Virus record (IMG/VR): IMGVR_UViG_3300009180_000041
Span: 984-64,983 of that record
Strand: one strand, 5' to 3'
DNA from: a virus
Lineage: Duplodnaviria > Caudoviricetes
Length of the DNA: 64,000 nt
Shown here piece after piece: positions 59,235 through 64,000 of this stretch (positions are counted from its first letter, which is position 1; the number at the start of each line of letters is the position of its first letter). A model generated the notes under the pieces. That model saw only the letters and a program-made list of their open reading frames with translations. It was not told the DNA's origin and ran no database searches. A program made the translations under genes and the position numbers.

Positions 59235-59640
59235 TTTCGATATACACGAATGGCGTATAAAACAAGCCATGATAAATGAAGCAAAATTTAATGCTGAAAA
59301 ATCAGATTTAAATAATGATGATATAATATCACCATATGAAAAAAAACGTGGAATGGCTATTGCTAAAAACATGAATGAAGATGATTGGATGCAATCAGAT
59401 GATGAAGCTGATATGGCTCACAGTCAACTTTATAACATTAAAAGATTATCTACAGAATTATGTGATATGATTGATTCTGAAGAACAATTAGACGCTTGGG
59501 TTCAAGCTAAATTAACTAAAGCTGAAGATTATTTACAATCAGTTTATGGTTATCTTTATGGTGAAGAAGCTCATAGTCAAAAAAGAAATGACAATCAAAT
59601 AAATATCATAACAGGCGGTCAAGAAGGTCCAGGATACTAA
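59224..59640 (+). CDS. late protein with EF-hand-like loop
   Basis: FDIHEW leader shared with 26798 (FDLHKW), DLNNDDIISPYE, and LDAWVQAKLTKAEDYL. Confidence 0.75.
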   Translation: MKDNFDIHEWRIKQAMINEAKFNAEKSDLNNDDIISPYEKKRGMAIAKNMNEDDWMQSDDEADMAHSQLYNIKRLSTELCDMIDSEEQLDAWVQAKLTKAEDYLQSVYGYLYGEEAHSQKRNDNQINIITGGQEGPGY

Positions 59641-61412
59641 TGAATTTAGAAACTTTTAAAAAGATTTTTGCTCAAGAATTTGATAAATTCCAACAAGAAA
59701 GGAATCAAGATAAAGACTCTTTAGAAAAGTTTGCGGATGACGTTCCTCATGATGAACAATTAGTACCTACTTTTGAAGAAGATCCAATAGGATTTATACT
59801 TTATTCATATCCTACTTTAAAAGAAACATTAGAAACATTATTAACTAAAGATTTTTTAGATTATATTACAGGTATTTATATTATTGCTCCAATACCTACT
59901 ACTTTTAAAATTATTTTACATAATAATCAATTTTTTTACATGATTTACATGGGAAGAACATGGATGGCTAAAGTAAGTGGTAAAAAATACTATTTATTAA
60001 ACATAGGAGAAAGAGGAAGAGCAATTGATGCTATAGCTAGATTATTAATGATGGGTGCTCCATTAGGAACAGAACCAAATGGTGAAACTACTGAAAATAT
60101 TTCAAATGCATCTCCTGAACCTTTAAGTGGTGATGGTGGTACTGAAGCAGGTGGAAATCCATTTGCTGCTGGCGCTGAAGAAACATCAACTGAAACACCA
60201 GCAGGTGAAGAAGAAACAAATGCTCCATTAAAAGAATCAAAAATTCAAAAAAAATCAATTCTTTTAGAATTAAAAAATAAATTTCCTCATACATTTAGAA
60301 CATTAGTAAGTCAAATCTTATTAACTGAAGCTAGTATGAATACTAACTCAGCTAAAGTAGTTCAAAGAATTATATCTAGTCCAGAAAATGCTGAGTATGG
60401 TTTTACTACTATGAAAAAAAATAATAGAGTAGGAAATTTAAAGCAAGTTCCTAAAGAAAAATTTGAAGAATTATTAAATAAATTATATCCAAACGCTGAC
60501 ATTCAAATAGTTCCACCAAAAGTAGAACCAAATATTGGTAATTTTGGAAGTAGTAAATTTTCAATGTATTCTTTTAATACAGAATACGGACCTGTAGGTA
60601 TTGTTTTAGCCGCAGGAGCAAATAAAGGTGAAAAATACGAAAAAGAATTTTTATTAGCTTTAAAAGAAGCAGCAGGAAAAGAAAAAAGAGACATTAATAA
60701 TCCAGAAATGATTCAACTGTTTGATTATCTTGAATTAAACTCAGAAGAAATTACACCAGATGATGTAAGACAAACAGGAACTGGAAATAATAAACGTCAA
60801 TTAAGTTTTGATGGACCTGAAGACATTGGAGAAAAAATAGCTGATATTACTATTGATGCTCCTAATACTACTTATTATTTGTCTATTAAAGATCCTAAAG
60901 GAACTGGTATTTACAATGGTGGTAATGTTAAATTTGTTAAAGACTCACCTGATGGACCAGTTTTTGATCAAGAATCATTTATAAAAGACAATAGTTTAAC
61001 AAAAGAATTATTTGAAATGTTAAGTATTAATCCACAAAGAATAGCAGATGGATTAAAAGACTACATAAATAAAACAGGAGATGGAGAATCTTGGGAAGAC
61101 ATTCAAGACTATGATGATACAGCATTAGTAAATCTATTAGCTTCTAGTTATGGTTATGGATACTACTATGTAAGACAAACTAAACCAGGTAATTTAAAAA
61201 TAAAAGACTTAGAATCCCCAGAAGACACATATTCTTTTGTAGGTAGTATTAAATCTGTTAAAATAAAATATGCTAATAAATCAACTAAATCAACTGAAGT
61301 TAGAATAGAAACTAGTTCTCAAGATTTAGGTGATAATATCTATATAATATCAATTAGAAATGCAGCTGGATCTTTACTTCCTGTAGGTCTTAAAATACAA
61401 ACATTAAAATAA
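59640..61412 (+). CDS. two-part late protein with a C-terminal putative PD-(D/E)xK nuclease
   Basis: After LLTE: GEKYE...KIADITI...YLSIK. Confidence 0.6.
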   Translation: MNLETFKKIFAQEFDKFQQERNQDKDSLEKFADDVPHDEQLVPTFEEDPIGFILYSYPTLKETLETLLTKDFLDYITGIYIIAPIPTTFKIILHNNQFFYMIYMGRTWMAKVSGKKYYLLNIGERGRAIDAIARLLMMGAPLGTEPNGETTENISNASPEPLSGDGGTEAGGNPFAAGAEETSTETPAGEEETNAPLKESKIQKKSILLELKNKFPHTFRTLVSQILLTEASMNTNSAKVVQRIISSPENAEYGFTTMKKNNRVGNLKQVPKEKFEELLNKLYPNADIQIVPPKVEPNIGNFGSSKFSMYSFNTEYGPVGIVLAAGANKGEKYEKEFLLALKEAAGKEKRDINNPEMIQLFDYLELNSEEITPDDVRQTGTGNNKRQLSFDGPEDIGEKIADITIDAPNTTYYLSIKDPKGTGIYNGGNVKFVKDSPDGPVFDQESFIKDNSLTKELFEMLSINPQRIADGLKDYINKTGDGESWEDIQDYDDTALVNLLASSYGYGYYYVRQTKPGNLKIKDLESPEDTYSFVGSIKSVKIKYANKSTKSTEVRIETSSQDLGDNIYIISIRNAAGSLLPVGLKIQTLK

Positions 61413-61437
61413 AAATTTTTAATATTTATAATAAATT

Positions 61438-63303
61438 ATGCCAGATTTAGGTTCATTAGTATTAAGAAACGTCAAAGGATCACCTCTTACTTTTACAGAA
61501 GGTGATAATAATATACAGTACGCTGCTTTACAATCACAAAGTGTTAGTTATACTACACATTATTTTCAAAGTAATAGTTTAATATTATCAAGATCTAATG
61601 GTGGTGGAATTGAAATTAAAGACTTAGGTACATTTACAGCTTCATATGCTATGAATGCTAGAACTGCTAGTTATGCTTTAAGTGCTTCTAATATAACTAA
61701 TTATCAATTATACGCTACTTATTCAAATTATGTTACTAATTCATTTACTATTTTAAGTGAATCTGTTGGAAGAGGTGGATTTTTTCAATTTACAGGTAGT
61801 TTTTCAATAACTAGTAGTAATGGAACTAGTCCTCAAACAGCTAGTTTTTATTTACCTACTACTTTCTATAGTGATGTGACATTAAGTGGTTCTACAACTA
61901 ATATTGATGGAAATTTACAAGTAGTTACTGGAGATAATTTTTTAAACGGAATAAGAATTTATAGAGGAGAAGAACCCGGTGTTGGATTTAAACAATTTTT
62001 AGCTCTAAATTTTGCTAATGGAAATGGTAATATACTAGCATATGAACCACAGTATAATTCTCCTCGTATGCATTTTAGATTATCATCAAGCGCGACTGAT
62101 ATACCAGATAGTAAACCTTTACTTAATGGAAGATCATTACTTTCAATAGAAAAATTAGAAAATGACGATCCACATTTAATACTTGGTGGAACTTGGTTCA
62201 CTGCAGCTGATTCAGCATCATATACAAGTTATTTTAGTGGTTCAGCAGTATTTTTAGCAGGAGCCACAGGATCTTTACGAGGTACAGCGAGTGGAAATTT
62301 TGCATCTGCTTCTATATCAAGTAATACTGTTACATTTTTCAATGGTTATAATCAAACTGCTGGAACTTTAAATTTAGCAAATAGTACTAATCAAAATTTA
62401 CAATCTGTAACATCTGTTGGTAATTCAACTACATCTTCAGTTAATATAGGAGCTAATAATAGTTCATCATTATCATCAGTTGCATTTGGTTTAAATTCTA
62501 TAGCAGTTGGTAGTTATTCATTTTCTAATGGAAATACAGTATCAGCTTCTGGACTTTACAGTCATGCTGAAGGAGGACTTTCAACAGCTAAGGGTAATTA
62601 TTCCCATGCTGAAGGATTTCAGACTACAACTTTAGGCGTATCATCTCATAGTGAAGGAGAATCCACTACAACTATAGGAAATTATTCACATGCTGAAGGA
62701 ATAAATACAATAGCATCTGGAAGTTATTCACATGCTGAAGGTTATTTAACAATAGCATCTGGAAGTTATTCACATGCTGAAGGTAGAAGTACAATAGCAT
62801 CTGGAAGCTTTTCACACGCTGAAGGTGGATTTACAATAGCTACAAATTTTGGTTCACATGCTGAAGGTTATACTACAAGAGCTTTAGGTGATTATACACA
62901 TGCTGAAGGTAGTTTTACAACAGCAATAGGACAATTTTCACATGCTGAAGGAGAATCAACAGTAGCTAAAAATCAAGCATCACATGCCGCTGGATTTAAA
63001 ACCACAGCAAGTGCTGATTATCAATTTGTAGTAGGACATGGAAATATAGAACAATCTAATATATACAATACAGTTGGTTATAGACCATTTATTGTAGGGG
63101 GCGGAAATGTAACAGGCCCTGCTACTAATTTATTAGAAGTAGTGTTAACTAAAATAAATGGTGGTAGTCAAAATGATGGTACAATAGTATTACCTAGAGT
63201 ATCAAGTTCAATGAATTTTCCTACTTCTGCTTCCGCCGCAGCTAATGGTGTTCCTTTAGGAGGAATTTATAGAAATGGAGCAGTTTTAATGATAAGAATA
63301 TAA
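61438..63303 (+). CDS. tail fibre / adhesin with YadA-head-like repeats
   Basis: About 11 14-aa repeats of the form SHAEG..T.A.G.Y. N-terminal KGSPLTFTEGDNN. Confidence 0.85.
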   Translation: MPDLGSLVLRNVKGSPLTFTEGDNNIQYAALQSQSVSYTTHYFQSNSLILSRSNGGGIEIKDLGTFTASYAMNARTASYALSASNITNYQLYATYSNYVTNSFTILSESVGRGGFFQFTGSFSITSSNGTSPQTASFYLPTTFYSDVTLSGSTTNIDGNLQVVTGDNFLNGIRIYRGEEPGVGFKQFLALNFANGNGNILAYEPQYNSPRMHFRLSSSATDIPDSKPLLNGRSLLSIEKLENDDPHLILGGTWFTAADSASYTSYFSGSAVFLAGATGSLRGTASGNFASASISSNTVTFFNGYNQTAGTLNLANSTNQNLQSVTSVGNSTTSSVNIGANNSSSLSSVAFGLNSIAVGSYSFSNGNTVSASGLYSHAEGGLSTAKGNYSHAEGFQTTTLGVSSHSEGESTTTIGNYSHAEGINTIASGSYSHAEGYLTIASGSYSHAEGRSTIASGSFSHAEGGFTIATNFGSHAEGYTTRALGDYTHAEGSFTTAIGQFSHAEGESTVAKNQASHAAGFKTTASADYQFVVGHGNIEQSNIYNTVGYRPFIVGGGNVTGPATNLLEVVLTKINGGSQNDGTIVLPRVSSSMNFPTSASAAANGVPLGGIYRNGAVLMIRI

Positions 63304-63304
63304 T

Positions 63305-63802
63305 ATGTCAACATTTGATTTTGGAATAGAAATACAAGACAGTGGGAGTAGTAATGGATACGCTCTACAAATAACAGGTAGTACTTTAGTAAGTGGAAGT
63401 ATTAATGTAACTGGTTCATTAATTGTTAATAATACTAACTTAATATCATCCTTACCAACAACTTTTAATTATAGTTTTGGTAGTAATCCTTTAAATACAC
63501 TATTCTTACAAATCCCTGCTACTGATACTTCAACAAATGCTCCTGTTCATTATCAATTAAGCTGGACAGCCACATCAGGATCAATACTTAATTCATCTAT
63601 TGTAGGTGGTTCTTCGTATTTTATAGGGACATACAATGGTGGAGGAAATGAATTTATAGCAGATATCTATCAAAAACGTTTAAGTGGAGCTCCAGGAGTT
63701 ACTATGTCTGTAAGTTTAGCTGGAGCTTATTACAATATAGCAGCTTCATTTACTGGAAGTGGTTATAGAATATCAGGATCTTACATAAGAATTCCTTCAT
63801 AA
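63305..63802 (+). CDS. tail-fibre-associated protein
   Basis: ITGS/VSGS/VTGS shaft-like repeats. Confidence 0.65.
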   Translation: MSTFDFGIEIQDSGSSNGYALQITGSTLVSGSINVTGSLIVNNTNLISSLPTTFNYSFGSNPLNTLFLQIPATDTSTNAPVHYQLSWTATSGSILNSSIVGGSSYFIGTYNGGGNEFIADIYQKRLSGAPGVTMSVSLAGAYYNIAASFTGSGYRISGSYIRIPS

Positions 63803-63837
63803 TTGTTTTTATAAAATAAATTTATTATACTAATAGG

Positions 63838-64000
63838 GTGAAATATTCTATAAAATACATTACTCATCTTCCTATACAACAGGGTTCACCTGAAATACTT
63901 TTAACAATTGATTCTGAAGAAGAATTACAACATGCTTATTCTGTTAGACTTACTAATACTTTATTAAATCGATTTATGGAATTACCTATAACTCCTGGTA
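63838..64000 (+). CDS. hypothetical protein, 3'-truncated
   Basis: GTG start after a TATACT box; the frame is open to the window end. Confidence 0.5.
   Translation, partial: MKYSIKYITHLPIQQGSPEILLTIDSEEELQHAYSVRLTNTLLNRFMELPITPG

Larger units (their letters stand above)
4632..61429 (+). promoter_or_regulatory. Dispersed late promoter motif ATATTTAT
   Basis: Intergenic copies at 4632, 20637, 24890, 31484, 35488, 38986, 41702, 48529, 53522, 57751 and 61422, mostly 5-17 nt before the start codon of virion-type genes, with no -35 element. Confidence 0.8.

Noticed and set aside
4999-62201. Other short minus-strand ORFs in the track
   Set aside because: Almost all are antisense to well-supported + strand genes and lack promoters or recognisable motifs.
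26798-63303. Diversity-generating retroelement behind the variable repeats or tail fibre
   Set aside because: No reverse transcriptase and no TR/VR pair differing only at adenines was seen in the window.

Overview
A 64 kb, very AT-rich segment of a large tailed phage, probably a myovirus, read almost entirely on the + strand. There are no Shine-Dalgarno motifs and start contexts are A-rich, which suggests a Bacteroidota-like host (inference). The 1-23.4 kb region is an early/host-takeover module: AAA+, RadA-like, SWIM, VWA/metallopeptidase and MoxR genes, a sigma-70 factor, an RNA ligase and many small ORFs, driven by about 30 copies of a GTTATATTATA promoter, many apparently leaderless. A short minus-strand operon sits at 23.7-24.8 kb. 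The 24.9-64 kb region is mostly late genes preceded by ATATTTAT: capsid-cargo-like proteins, a gp55-like sigma factor, baseplate/tail genes, primase, exonuclease and a tail fibre. The most unusual signals are: (1) eight translationally coupled 36-59 aa micro-ORFs with conserved ends and variable middles (11.4-12.5 kb), missed by the ORF track; (2) polyproteins whose domains are separated by L-x-E motifs resembling prohead-protease sites, including a 15-unit repeat protein and a six-domain enzyme chain; (3) two tRNA-like RNAs with intact acceptor and T arms but a rebuilt anticodon half; (4) early genes with almost no cytosine on the sense strand; (5) GATTCCTRC boxes spaced 42-44 bp apart. All calls come from manual motif reading; no searches were run.
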